Of a stretch of DNA of 64,000 nucleotides, positions 1 to 12,753 are shown piece by piece (the first letter of the stretch is position 1; every line of letters begins with the position of its first letter). The notes under the pieces are model-generated. The model saw only the letters and a program-made list of their open reading frames with translations, searched no databases and was not told where the DNA came from. The stretch comes from Mobula hypostoma (Eukaryota), in NCBI RefSeq assembly GCF_963921235.1, contig NC_086098.1, positions 4,898,001-4,962,000 of the forward strand, read 5' to 3'. The translations under genes and the position numbers were made by a program.

Positions 1-472
1 CTCTAAATGCCCATAGATCCTATCTCTAAGAATCTTTTCCAACAGCTTTCCCACCACAGACGTAAGGCTCACTGGTCTATAATTACCCGGACTATCCCTA
101 CTACCTTTTTTGAACAAGGGGACAACATTCGCCTCCCTCCAATCCTCCGGTACCATTCCCACGGACAATGAGGACATGAAGATCCTAACCAGAGGCTCAG
201 CAATCTCTTCCCTCGCCTTGTGGAGCAGCCTGGGGAATATTTCGTCAGGCCCCAGGGGCTTAATCTGTCCTAATGTATTTTATCAACTCTAACACCTCCT
301 CTCCCTTAATATCAACATGCTCCAGAACATCAACCACACTCATATTGTCCTCGTCATCATCAAGTTCCCTCTCATTGGTGAATACCGAAGAGAAGTATTC
401 ATTGAGGGCCTCACTCACTTCCACTGCCTCCAGGCACATCTTCCCACCTTTATCTCTAATCGGTCCTACCTT
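1..472 (-). mobile_element. CR1 LINE ORF2 fragment
   Basis: Closely similar to 53675-54140; minus strand encodes CR1 RT N-terminal motifs ([22 protein letters not shown]). Confidence 0.9.
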
Positions 473-854
473 CAGGTAGAAACATGCCTACTGGTTGCAA
501 ACACTAAATATGTGATAATCCTGTTGACTTAAGCAACAATTCTGCAAAGCTAACTTTTAATGCATGCAGTTGTGAGCAATGTTCCCTCTAATTTGTAATA
601 ACCAGTGTACACAAAAATCTTGTGCTGTGCAATTTTCTGCCCAGCGACATGTGCGTACCGAGTAATTTCTTCAATAAAAACAGCATAAATAAGCCAGTTC
701 TAAAATCTGCACACATATCTTAAACACCATGTTGTCAATACCGTCCGTATCAGAAGCTGGAACAGGAAACATGATTAATGTATGATCCTAAAATATACTT
801 AACACACCAATGAGGTAGAAAATGAGGTAGGTTTAAATTGTTTTGTATTTATTT

Positions 855-1130
855 CGCGATACAGTGCAGAGAAGGCCCTTCCGGCCCTTTGAGCTGAGTG
901 CCCCCGCCCTGGCAACCCCCGATTGAACCCTGACCTAATCACAGGGTAATTTACAATGACCAATTAACCTACCCGGTACATTACCGGACTGTGGCAGGAA
1001 ACTGGAACACCCAGAGGAAACCCACACATCCCAGGGGGAAGATGTACAGAGAATACCAGAACTGAACTCCAAACTCTGATGCCCCAAGATGTAATAGCAT
1101 CGCGCTGACCGCTACACTACTATGGCACCC
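855..1130 (-). mobile_element. V-SINE/HE1-like SINE (degenerate)
   Basis: Minus strand has the V-domain-like 'gtgggtttcctctgggtgttccagtttcctgccacagtcc' and a CR1-type tail. Confidence 0.6.
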
Positions 1131-1253
1131 AAATGATCACTTCAAGTTTGGACCACTGTGAATCAAATGCAAAAATGATTTAAAATATGCAATTACAAAT
1201 AACTTCTATATCTAAGGTAAAGTTAATTAATAATGAAACGTTACAACAGTTAC

Positions 1254-1400
1254 CCAAATAGCCGTTTTGCTTGTAAAATGAATCGACCCAGTTATTTTGA
1301 GTTCTGGAATATATATCAGGGACGTAGACGGCCTTGTCCTGTCTGCCACCAATCACTGCTCCATTCAAACGACCGATACTAATGAACTCTTCAAGAAAAG
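1254..1400 (-). CDS. UFL1: UFL1 coding exon 8 ([48 protein letters not shown]); gene continues beyond the window start
   Basis: Within ORF 1180..1422. tttttacag acceptor, gtaact donor. 147 nt. Confidence 0.96.
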
Positions 1401-1529
1401 CTGTAAAAATAGTAATCCACACCAGAAATGACTTGGAGAAAAATTAGTAGTATTTCATAATTTCAGCTGTAAGACATAAAAACCCAGCAAAACTATATAC
1501 AGATGAACAAAATAGCTATCTTCTGCAAT

Positions 1530-2330
1530 CTTAAAGTTCAAAGTAAATTTATTATCAAAGTACATACATGTCACCACATACAAATGAGATTCATATTCAA
1601 TAAATCTATACTTGGGCATTCAACCAGTGTGCAAGACAACAAACTGTGCAAATACAAAAATAAAGAAATAATAATAATAATAAGCAATAAATATCAACAA
1701 CATGAGATAAAGAGTCCTTAAAAATAAGTCCCTAGGTTGCGGGAACAGTTCAGTGATGGGGCACGTGGAGTTAAGTTATTCCCTTTGGTTCAAGTGCTTG
1801 ACAGTTGAGAGGTAGTAACTTCCTGAACCTGGTGGTGAGAGTCCTGAGGCTCCGGATGGCATCAGTGAGAAGAGGGTATGTCCTGGGTGGTGGTGGCAGG
1901 GGAGGTCCCTAATGATGGAGGCTGCTTTCCTGTGACAGTGTTTCATGCTCAATGGAGGGGAGGGCTGTACCTGTAATGGACTAGGCTGTATCCACTACTT
2001 TTTGTAGGATTTGCCGTTCAAGGGCATTAGGGTTTCCATACCAGGCCATAATGCAGCTAGACAAAATATTCTCCACTACATATCTATAGAAGTTTGTCAG
2101 AGTTTTAAGTGTCACATCGAGTCTCTAAGGAAACAGAAGCTCTGCTGTGTTTTCTTCATAATTGCACTTGCATGCCAGGCTCAGGACAGGCTATCCGAAA
2201 CAATGACACCGAGCTGCTGAGCCTCTTCACCTCTGATGAAGACTGGCTCATGGACCACTGGTTTTCTGCTCCTGATCTCAATAATCAGCTCCATGGTTTT
2301 GGTTGGCGTTTTTGTTTTACATGATCTTAT
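1530..2330 (-). mobile_element. Rex1/Babar-like LINE 3' fragment
   Basis: Terminal 'aataaatttactttgaactt' tail and body shared with copies at 2445-2885, 36600-37047 and 60655-60980. Confidence 0.6.
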
Positions 2331-2444
2331 CAGTGGCAAATCAATTTGGTCATCAAAACAAACACATAATGAAACTTTAAACTGAAATTTAAAGAATTTT
2401 AAAATTTAAAGAAATAAAATTAATGCACCAATGATTATATCAAT

Positions 2445-2885
2445 GTGCATCTACAAGGATAAAGGAGCCCACTGCCCAGGCCATGCATTCTTCTGACTAC
2501 TGCCATCAGGAAGGTGGTACAGGACCCTCAGGACTCATGTCACCAGCTTCAAAACCAGTCATTACCCCTCAGCCAGCAGGCTCTTGAACCAGAGGGGATA
2601 ACTTCACTCACATCAACACTGATCCCACAACCTATGGACTTGCTTTCAAGGACTATCTAGCTCACTTTGCTGATATTTACTGCTTATTTAGTTATTTAAA
2701 TATATGCTTTATTTGCACACTTCGTCTTTTGCACAGGAAGTTGTCTGTCTTTGTTGTGTGTGGTTTTTCAGTGATTCTATTGTGTTTCTTGTATTTACTA
2801 TGAATGCCCACAAGAAAATAAATCTCAGAGTAGTATATGGTGACATACATGTACATTGAAAATAAATTTACTTTGAACTTTGAAC
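2445..2885 (+). mobile_element. Rex1/Babar-like LINE 3' end
   Basis: 'ctactgccatcaggaaggtggtacagg' body and (tttgaac)n tail. Confidence 0.6.
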
Positions 2886-3354
2886 TAAACATGGAGAATC
2901 CTGCAGAAAGCTTATGGAACTCCAAAGTTCCAGCTCTGAAACTTCAGTTAACTCTGAACATGCAGACATTTTTACCATTGTCTGCATCGGCTTATGGTTA
3001 ATGATATAAAATGTGACTCCGCTCTGAGAGGCCACATCTGTTTTCTGCAAATATGAATTTGAGAAAGAAGTCATGTGGAATTGAAGAGGCCTTGACTGGT
3101 TAACATGCTCCAAGGTTCTTATTCTGCCATCATAGAGGAGAACAAATCCGTTGCATGCTTAGTGGGAGAGAGAAGCCTCAGGATTTCAAATACCGAGTCA
3201 GCACTCGACTCAGTGCTGAACCTGGCTCCGTGGCTGTGGCCTGCGGCCTACAGCCATCGGGCTCCTGGACTGGTTGCGGTGCTGAAATGGCTACATAGCT
3301 GTGGACTTACTTTTAGGGACACTGCGGTTCATGTTCTGTCATTATTTGTCTGTT

Positions 3355-5100
3355 TCGTCCCTGAAACACCTGGGAAACGGGGTCTCATATGCCAGACTGT
3401 TTATAGACTTCACTTCGGCGACCAACACCATCATACCCCAGAAACTGGTGGGGAAACTGTCTTCACTGGGTCTCAACACCTCCCTCTGCAAATGAATACT
3501 GGCCTTAACAGTAAGCCCACAGCCAGTCCGTGTGGGTAGCAACATCAATGGGATTGAGTTTAAGAGCCGAGAGGTAATGTTACAGCTATATAGGACCCTG
3601 GTCAGACCCCACTTGGAGTACTGTGCTCAATTCTGGTCGCCTCACTACAGGAAGGATGTGGAAACTATAGAAAGGATGCAGAGGAGACTTACAAGGACGT
3701 TGCCTAGAATGGGGAGCATGCCTTATGAAAACAGGTTGAGTGAACTCGGCCTTTTCTCCTTGGAGCGACGGAGGATGAGAGGCGAGCTGATAGAGGTGCA
3801 TAAGATGATGAGAGGCATTGATCGTGTGGATAGTCAGAGGCTTTTTCCCAGGGCTGAGGTGGTTGCCACAAGAGGGCATAGGTTTAAGGTGCTGGGAAGT
3901 AGGTACAGAGGAGATGTCAGGGGTAAGTTTTTTTTACACAGAGAGTGGTGAGTGTGTGGAATGGGCTGCCGGCAACGGTGGTGGAAGCGGATACGGTAGG
4001 GTCTTTTGAGAAACTTTTGGATAGGTACATGGAGCTTAGAAAAATAGAGGGCTATGAGTAAACCTAGTAATTTCTAAGGTAGGGACATGTTCAGCACAAC
4101 TTTGTGGGCCAAAGGACCTGTATTGTGCTGTAGGTTTTCTATGTTTCTAACACCTCTTGTCCCATTATGCCGAGCACTAGCACTCTCCAAGGCTGTGCTC
4201 TCAACCCACGGCTGATGCCTGACAGTGCCACAAGATCCAGCTCAAAACGTGTCATCAAGTTTGCAGATGACACAACAATGGTTGGCCTTATCAAGAATGA
4301 TGACGAGACGGAGTATAGAGAGGAAGTGGAGCAATTGGTGGATTAGTGTGAGAACAACAACTTAAGCCTGAAGGTGAAGAAGACAAAGGAAATCATTGTA
4401 GACTTCCAGAAGGTGCAGACAAATCATCCCCCTCTGCAAATACCTGGTTCCTCCATAGCAATTTAACTATATCAAGTTCCTGGGAGTTCACACCTCACCT
4501 AGTCCCTTAACATCACCCCCCTGAACAAGACGGCATAGCAGCGCCTCCACTTCCTCGGAAGGTTGAGGCAAGCAAGGCTCCCACCCCGTCATCTTAAATG
4601 CATTTTACAGGAGCACCACTGAGTGTCCTGACAAGCTGCATGTCCTTCTAGAGTGGGAGAAGTCGAGCATTGGACCAGAAATCCCTACAAAGGACTGAGA
4701 GGATCATAGGGGTCTCCCTGCCATCCATCAGGGCCCTTTATCAGGAGCATTGCATACACTGAGTATCCATCCAACATCCTCCTTGACTTTCTACCATCAA
4801 GCAGGAGAGTACAATGCATAAAAACAAGCACGGTTACAAAGAGAAAATACTTTCCCCTCATGCCATTAGGTTTCTGAACTCCCTGCCACCTCATATTAGA
4901 ATTGTCACTGGTTAATCTGTTCCGTACCTTACTATATTTAATATTAATACACTTTAGTTTGTTATTTATGTGTGATTCACCTGTAGATTGTATCATCTTC
5001 ATAAGCTATCGTGTGTTATGTGTACTGTACTACTGTGCTTTACACCCTGGTTCGATATGCATTATATGGTTACATAAATGTATATACTTAAATGACAATA
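3355..5100 (+). mobile_element. Rex1/Babar-like LINE RT fragment interrupted by a CR1 3' end at ~3546-4149
   Basis: [14 protein letters not shown] and IKFADDTT motifs; host sequence resumes after the CR1 tail. Confidence 0.75.
3546..4149 (+). mobile_element. 5'-truncated CR1 LINE 3' end
   Basis: LYRTLVRPHLEYCAQFWSP motif and (tttctatg)n tail. Confidence 0.92.
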
Positions 5101-5145
5101 AACAATCTTTTCTGCACTAAAAATATAGTTCCATACAAGACTTAC

Positions 5146-5204
5146 AATAAAGAAGATGTTCTTGAAATTTGTATTGAGATATCAAAGAGCTTATTGGTGT
5201 TGGC
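5146..5204 (-). CDS. UFL1: UFL1 coding exon 7 (PTPISSLISQYKFQEHLLY)
   Basis: tttttttcaacag acceptor, gtaagt donor. 59 nt, phase compatible. Confidence 0.94.
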
Positions 5205-5736
5205 CTGTTGAAAAAAAGAACAGTGTAATAATCCCATTTTGAAAAAAATTACTAAATATTAAAACACACATTGCTCTAAACTTGAGCTCCCCAAAGTTAA
5301 TTCAAAATCACCGTCCAGTTTGCTTTCTAATCCAAAACAATTATTATCCCAAGAATTGAAAAGAAGTATTTAATGAGTGACCTTAGGCTCCAGAGTGCCT
5401 GTACACAAGGGACCCCGACAGGAAATGATAAAGTAGTGGTGGATAAGGGTTTTGGCCGGGGGGGGGTGGATTACAGCCCTACTGTTCAAGTAAAGTACAG
5501 TGCACGTGTGGTACCTTTGCAATTCCTTGGCTTTCTGCATTAGACCAGTGAGTCTTACTTCAGTGGTTGGTAAGTTGATGGAGAAGATCCTGAGAGGCAG
5601 GATTTATGAACATTTGGAGAGGTATAATATGATTAGGAATAGTCAGCATGGCTTTGTCAAAGGCAGGTCGTGCGTTACGAGCCTGATTGAATTTTCTGGG
5701 GATGTGACTAAACACATTGATGAAGGTAGAACAGTA

Positions 5737-6162
5737 ACACACATCAAAGTTGCTGGTGAACGCAGCAGACCAGGCAGCATCTCTAGGAAGAGGTACAGTC
5801 GACGTTTCAGGCCGAGACCCCTCGTCAGGACTAACTGAAGGAGGAGTTAGTAAGAGATTTGAAAGTGGGAGGGGGAGATCGAAAATGATAGGGGAAGACA
5901 GGAGGGGGAGGGATGGAGCCAAGAGCTGGACAGGTGATTGGCAAAGGGGATATGAGAGGATCATGGGACAGGAGGTCCGGGGAGAAAGACAAGGGGTGGA
6001 GGGAACCCAGAGGATGGGCAAGGGGTATAGTCAGAGGGACAGAGGGAGAAAAAGGAGAGTGAGAGAAAGAATGTGTGTATAAAAATAAATAACGGATGGG
6101 GTACGAGGGGGGAGGTGGGGCATTAGCGGAAGTTAGAGAAGTCGATGTTCATGCCATCAGGT
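5737..6162 (-). mobile_element. Penelope-like pLTR/3' fragment with hammerhead motif
   Basis: Near-identical to 31272-31692; interrupts the CR1 RT. Confidence 0.85.
5797..5832 (-). ncRNA. Minimal type I hammerhead ribozyme motif
   Basis: Minus strand AGUC-CUGACGA-GGGGUCUCGGCCU-GAAA-C-GUC-GACU: conserved core, with stem I AGUC/GACU. Confidence 0.75.
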
Positions 6163-8916
6163 TAATAGTAGATGGATTTCAGCAAGGCATTTGATAAGTT
6201 ACGCCACACAAGGCTTATTGAGAAAGTAAGGAGGCATGGGATCCATGGGGACATTACTTTGCGCATCTAGAACTGGCTTGCCAACAGAAGGCAAAGAGCA
6301 GCTGTAGACGGGTCATATTCTGCATGGAGGTCAGTGACCAGTGGTTTGCCTCAGGGATCTGTTCTGGGGCCCCTACTCTTTATGATTTTATAAATGACCT
6401 GGATGAGGAAGCAGAGGGATGGGTTAGTAAATCTGCTGATGACACAAAGATTGGGGGTGTTGTGGATAGTGTGGAGGGCTGTCAGAGGTTACAGCGGGAC
6501 ATTGAGAGGATGCAAAACTGGGCTGAGAAGTGGCAGATGGAGTTCAACCCAGATAAGTATGAGGTGGTTCACTTTGGTAGGTCAATTATGATGGCAGAAT
6601 ATAGTATTAATGGTAAGACTCTTGGCAGTGTGGAGGATCAGAGGGATCTTGGGGTCCAAGTCCACAGGACACTCAAAGCTACTGCGCAGGTTGACTCTGT
6701 GGTTAAGAAAGCATACAGTGCATTGGCCTTCATCAATCGTGGACTTGAGTTTAAGAGCTGAGAGGTAATGTTGCAGCTATATAGGACCCTGGTCAGACCC
6801 CACTTGGAGTACTATGCTCAATTCTGGTCGCCTCACTACAGGAAGGATGTGGAAACTATAGAAAGGGTGCAGAGGAGATGTACCAGGATGTTGCCTGGAT
6901 TGGGGAGCATGCCTTATGAGTACAGGTTGAGTGAACTCAGCCTTTTCTCCTTGGAGCGATAGAGGATGAGAGGTGACCTGATAGAGGTGTATAAGATGAT
7001 GAGAGGCATTGATCGTGTGGATAGTCAGAGGCTTTTTTCCAGGGCTGAAAAGGCTAGCACGAGAGGTCACAGTTTTAAGGTGCTTGGAAGTAGGTACAGA
7101 GGAGATGTCAGGGGGTATCTATCTATCTATCTATCTATCTATTTATTTATTTATTTACACAGAGAGTGGTGAGTGCATGGAATGGGCTGCCGGCAATGGT
7201 GGTGGAGGCGGATACGATAGGGTCTTTTAAGAGACTCCTGGATAGGTACATCGAGCTTAGAAAAATAGGGGGCTATGGGTCACCCTCAGTATTTTCTAAG
7301 GTAGGGACATGTTCGGCACAATTCTGTGGGCCGAAGGGCCTGTATTGTGCTGTAGGCTTTCTATGTTTCTATGCATTAACTACTCATAAAATGTGGTCTG
7401 ATCCTCATCTGTCACAATAATAGACAAATACAATCTGCCTAAACTATTAACACACAGTTACTTTTCATGTCTTTATTGAACACATCGTTTAATCATTCAC
7501 AATCCAGGCTGGAAAAAGTATGTGAACCCTTGTATTTAATAACCGGTAGAATCTCCTTTAGCAAGAATAACCTCCACCAAACGTTTCCTGTGGTTGCTGA
7601 TCAGACTTGTACAATAGTGAGGAGGAATTTTAGGCCATTCCTCCATACAAAACTGTTTCAGTTTATCAATATTTCTGGGATACCTTGCATGAACAGCCCT
7701 CTTCAGGTCATGCCACTGCATCTCAAATTAGGTTAAGGTCTGGACTGTGACTTGGCCATTCCAAAACGTGAATTATTTTAAACCATTCTGTTGCTGATTA
7801 ACTCTCATGTTTGTGATCATTGTATTATTAGATCATCCAACTTCTATTAACCTTCAGGTGACAGACAGCTACCCTGACATTCTCATGTAAAATGTCTTGA
7901 TACAATTTTGATTTCATTGTCCCCTCAACGATTGCAAGCTGTCCTAGCCCTGAGGCAGCAAAGCAGCCCCACACCATGATGTTCCTTCCACCATGTTTCA
8001 CAGTTGGAATGAGATTTTGGTGTTGGTGTGCAGTACACTTTTTCCTCCAAACATAACGGTGTGCATTTCTGCCAGAAGGTTCGACTTTTGTCTCATCTGT
8101 CCACAGAACATTGTCCCAGAAGCACTACAGAACATCCAGGTGTTTTTTTGCAAACTTGAGACATGCAGCAATGTTTCTTAAGAGCAGTGGTTTCCTCTGT
8201 GGTACCCTTCCATGAACACCATTCTTGATCAATGTTTTTCTAATAGTGGACACATGAACATAGACTTTAGCAAGTTCTGGAGAATTCTGCAGATATTTTG
8301 CTGTTACCCTTGGATTCTTTTTCACCTCCTTCAGCACTGTACGTTGTGCTCTTGGTGTGATCTTTGCAGAACGCCCACTCCTAGGGAGAGTAGAAACAGT
8401 ACAGAGTTTCCTCCATTAGTAGACAATTTCTCTTACTGTGGACTGATGAACGCTCTGGTCTTTAGAAATGCTTTTATATCCTTTTATCCCTTCCTGAGTC
8501 TCTACAATTCTTCTTCTAAGTTCCTCTGAAAGTTGTTTTGATTGAGGCTTGCTGTGCATAAACAGATTATTCTTGAGAAGAGCAGGCTCTGTCAGTAACC
8601 TGACTGTGTCCTTTTTTATAAGGCAGGACACCTCCACAACCCACACCTCCAATCTCAGCTCATTGATTGGAACGCCTAACTCCATAGAGCTTTTGTAGAA
8701 GGCATTACCCCAGAGGTTCACATACATTTTTGAACATAGACTGTGATGTTTAAATGGTGTACTCAGTATTAATAAGTACAATTGTGTTATTAGTTTAGAC
8801 AGTTTGTGTTTGTCTGTTATTGTGACTTAGATGAAGACACCACCACATTTCATGAGCAATTAACGCAGAAAACCAGGTAACTGCAAAGGGTTCACAAACT
8901 ATTTCTTGCAATTGTA

Positions 8917-9125
8917 ACACACACAAAATGCTGAAGGAACTCAGCAGGCCAGGCAGCATCTATGGAAAAAAGCACAGTCGACATTTCAGGCTGAAACCCT
9001 TCGGCAAGACTGGAGGAAAAAAAGCTCAGGAGTAGATATGAAAGGTCCCCACCTTTCGAAGTCTCCTCCAACATTTTGTGTATATTGCTCGGACTTCCAG
9101 CATTTGCACATTTTCTCGTTTGTGT
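8917..9125. mobile_element. Short Penelope-derived insertion with inverted ends and a degenerate hammerhead
   Basis: Both ends match the pLTR terminus in opposite orientations; flanked by tcttgcaa(t/c)tg(t/c)aaca repeats. Confidence 0.6.
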
Positions 9126-9272
9126 CTTGCAACTGCAACAGTTTTTCAGTCTGGTGGCCCTGGCGTAGATGCTACGTAGCCTCCTCCAAGATGGGAGTAG
9201 GACAAACATGATCAGGGTGTATGGGATCCTTCATGATGTTACTGGCCCTTTTTCAACAGCTTTCTGTATTTA

Positions 9273-10898
9273 CAGTGGCATGCAAAAGTTTGGGCACCCC
9301 TGGTCAAAATTTCTGTTAATAGCTAAGCAAGTAAAAGATGACCTGATTTCCAAAAGGCAAAAAGTTAAAAATGACACATTTCTTTAATATTTTAAGCAAG
9401 ATTACTTTTTTTATTTCCATCTTTTACAGTTTCAAAATAACAAAAAAGGAAAAGGGCCTGAAACAAAAGTTTGGGCACCCTGCATGGTCAGTACTTAGCA
9501 ACACCCACTTTGGCAAGTATCACAGCTTGTAAACGCTTTCTGTAGCCAGATAAGAGTCTTTCAATTCTTGTTTGGGGAATTTTTGTCCATTCTTCCTTGC
9601 AAAAGGCTTCTAGTTCTAGTTCTGTGAGATTCTTGGGCCGTCTTGCATGCGCTGCCCTTTTGAGGTTTATCCACAGATTTTCGCTGATGTTTAGGTCAGG
9701 GAACCCTGAGGGCCATGACAAAACCTTCAGTTTGCGCCTCTTGAGGTAGCCCATTGTGGATTTTGAGGTGTGTTTAGGATCATTATCCTGTTGTAGAAGC
9801 CATCCTTTTTTCATCTTCAGCTTTTTTTTGACAGACGGTGTGATGTTTGCTTCCAGAAATTGCTGGTATTTAATTGAATTCATTCTTCCCTCTACCAGTG
9901 AAATGTTCCCCGTGCCACTAGCTGCAACACAAGCCCAAAGCATGAACGATCCACCCCCATGCTTAACAGTTGCAGAGGTATTCTTTTCCTGAAATTCTGC
10001 ACCTTTTTTTCTCCAAACATACCTTTGCTCATTGCAGCCAAAAAGTTCTATTTTAACTTCATCAGTCCACAGGACTTGTTTCCAAAATGCATCAGGCTTG
10101 TTTAGATGTTCCTTTGCAAACTTCTGATGCTGAATTTTGTGGTGAGGACACAGAAAAGGTTTTCTTCTGATGACTCTTCCATGAAGATCATATTTGTGCA
10201 GTTGTCGCTGCACAGTAGAACAGTGCACCATCACTCCAGAGTCTGCTAAATCTTCCTGAAGGTCTTTTGCAGTCAAACGGGGGTTTTTATTTGCCTTTCT
10301 AGCAATCCTACGAGCAATTCTCTCGGAACGTTTTCTGGTCTTCCAGACCTCAACTTGACCTCCACCATTCCTGTTAACTGCCATTTCTTAATTACATTAC
10401 GAACGGAGAAAACGGCTACCTGAAAACGCTTTGCTATCTTCTTATAGCCTTCTCCTGCTTTGTGGGCATCAATTATTTTAATTTTCAGAGTGTTAGGTAG
10501 CTGCTTAGAGGAGCCCATGGCTGCTGATTGTTGGGATAAGGTTTGAGGAGTCGGGGTATTTATAAAGCTTTGAAATTTGCATAACCTAGCCTTTCCTAAC
10601 GATGATTGTGAATAAGCCATAGCCCTAACAAGCTAATTAAGGTCGGAGTCCTTGGTAAAAGTTATCTGAGAGCTCAAATCTCTTGGGGTGCCCAAACTTT
10701 TGCATGGTGCTCCTTTCCTTTTTTCCCCCACTCTAAAATTGTACAAAACAAAAATAATACACTAATCTTGCTTAAAATGTTGAAAAGAATGTTTCATCTT
10801 TAACTTTATGACTTTTGGAGATCAGTTCATCTTCTACTCACTTAACTATTCACAGTAACAGACTTTGACAGGGGTGCCCAAACTGTTGCATACCACTG
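9273..10898 (-). mobile_element. Full-length IR/DR-type Tc1 transposon; DD34E transposase with one frameshift (ATG 10518 to stop 9488)
   Basis: TA target duplication on both sides, CAGTGG...CCACTG termini, inner direct repeats at ~9465-9480 and ~10685-10706. Motifs WTDE, QQDNDPKH, PDLNISENLW; paired-like HTH and GRP N-terminus in ORF 10273..10620. Confidence 0.95.
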
Positions 10899-11114
10899 TA
10901 GGTCCTTGATGGCGGGCAGGCTAGTGCCAGTAATGGACAGGGATGTTTTGACGACCTGTTGTAGATCCAAATGTAGCATTTGGATGTATTTGCAGCTTAT
11001 TGGATAGTGCACGAAGAAAATCAGCACAATGTAATCTATACACACACGAGAGAAGCTGCAGATGCTGGAACTTCAGAGCAACACATACAAAATCCAAAAC
11101 ATACAAAATACAAA

Positions 11115-12753
11115 ACTTGTTAGTAGGGAAGTGGTGTTAGGTAAATTGAAGGGATTGAAGGCAGATAAATCCCCAGGGCCAGATGGTCTGCATCCTAGAG
11201 TGCTTAAGGAAGTAGCCCAAGAAATAGTGGATGCATTAGTGATAATTTTTCAAAACTCGTTAGATTCTGGACTAGTTCCTGAGGATTGGAGGGTGGCTAA
11301 TGTAACCCCACTTTTTAAAAAAGCAGGGAGAGAGAAACCGGGGAATTATAGACCGGTTAGCCTAACATCGGTGGTGGGGAAACTGCTGGAGTCAGTTATC
11401 AAAGATGTGATAACAGCACATTTGGAAAGCGGTGAAATCATCGGACAAAGTCAGCATGGATTTGTGAAAGGAAAATCATGTCTGACGAATCTCATAGAAT
11501 TTTTTGAGGTTGTAACCAGTAGAGTGGATAGGGGAGAACCAGTGGATGTGGTATATTTGGATTTTCAAAAGGCTTTTGACAAGGTCCCACACAGGAGATT
11601 AGTGTGCAAACTTAAAGCACACGGTATTGGGGGTAAGGTATTGATGTGGATGGAGAATTGGTTAGCAGACAGGAAGCAAAGAGTGGGAATAAACGGGACC
11701 TTTTCAGAATGGCAGGCTGTGACTAGTGGGGTACCGCAAGGCTCAGTGCTGGGACCCCAGCTGTTTACAATATATATTAATGACTTGGATGAGGGAATTA
11801 AATGCAGCATCTCCAAGTTTGCGGATGACACGAAGCTGGGTGGCAGTGTTAGCAGTGAGGAGGATGCTAAGAGGATGCAGAGTGACTTGGATAGGTTGAG
11901 TGAGTGGGCAAATTCATGTCAGATGCAATTTAATGTGGATAAATGTGAAGTTATCCACTTTGGTGGCAAAAATAGGAAAACAGATTATTATCTGAATGGT
12001 GGCCGATTAGGAAAAGGGGAGGTGCAACGAGACCTGGGTGTCATTATACACCAGTCATTGAAAGTGGGCATGCAGGTACAGCAGGCGGTGAAAAAGGCGA
12101 ATGGTATGCTGGCATTTATAGCGAGAGGATTCGAGTACAGGAGCAGGGAGGTACTACTGCAGTTGTACAAGGCCTTGGTGAGACCACACCTGGAGTATTG
12201 TGTGCAGTTTTGGTCCCCTAATCTGAGGAAAGACATCCTTGCCATAGAGGGAGTACAAAGAAGGTTCACCAGATTGATTCCTGGGATGGCAGGACTTTCA
12301 TATGAAGAAAGACTGGATGAACTGGGCTTGTACTCGTTGGAATTTAGAAGATTGAGGGGGGATCTGATTGAAACGTATAAAATCCTAAAGGGATTGGACA
12401 GGCTAGATGCAGGAAGATTGTTCCCGATGTTGGGGAAGCCCAGAACAAGGGGTCACAGTTTGAGGATAAAGGGGAAGCCTTTTAGGACCGAGATTAGGAA
12501 AAACTTCTTCACACAGAGAGTGGTGAATCTGTGGAATTCTCTGCCACAGGAAACAGTTGAGGCCAGTTCATTGGCTATATTTAAGAGGGAGTTAGATATG
12601 GCCCTTGTGGCTACAGGGATCAGGGGGTATGGAGGGAAGGCTGGGGCGGGGTTCTGAGTTGGATGGTCAGCCATGATCATAATAAATGGCGGTGCAGGCT
12701 CGAAGGGCCGAATGTCCTACTCCTGCACCTATTTTCTGTGTTTCTATGTTTCT
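11115..12753 (+). mobile_element. Young 5'-truncated CR1 LINE with an uninterrupted RT-to-stop frame (ORF 11062..12657)
   Basis: Complete RT domain ([23 protein letters not shown]) and tttctatg tail; no APE domain. Confidence 0.95.

Larger units (their letters stand above)
5543..7371 (+). mobile_element. 5'-truncated CR1 LINE containing a Penelope pLTR insertion
   Basis: [21 protein letters not shown] and SKSADDTK motifs; tttctatg tail; flanking tgcatta repeats. Confidence 0.92.
5497..8914 (-). mobile_element. Degenerate Tc1 transposon with long inverted repeats; left IR split by a CR1 insertion
   Basis: Transposase remnants (GYKSISK, KNPRVTAK, DLKRAVHARYPRN). IR 7376-7455 is the reverse complement of ~8782-8862. 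The outer left IR piece is at ~5497-5542. Confidence 0.8.

Noticed and set aside
578..790. Possible hAT-type MITE starting caatgttccctctaa
   Set aside because: I could not find the matching opposite terminus or an 8-bp TSD.
11062..12657. 531-aa RT ORF as a domesticated gene or retron-like system
   Set aside because: It is a 5'-truncated CR1 with a standard tail and a near-identical broken sibling nearby; the ATG comes from a flanking repeat.
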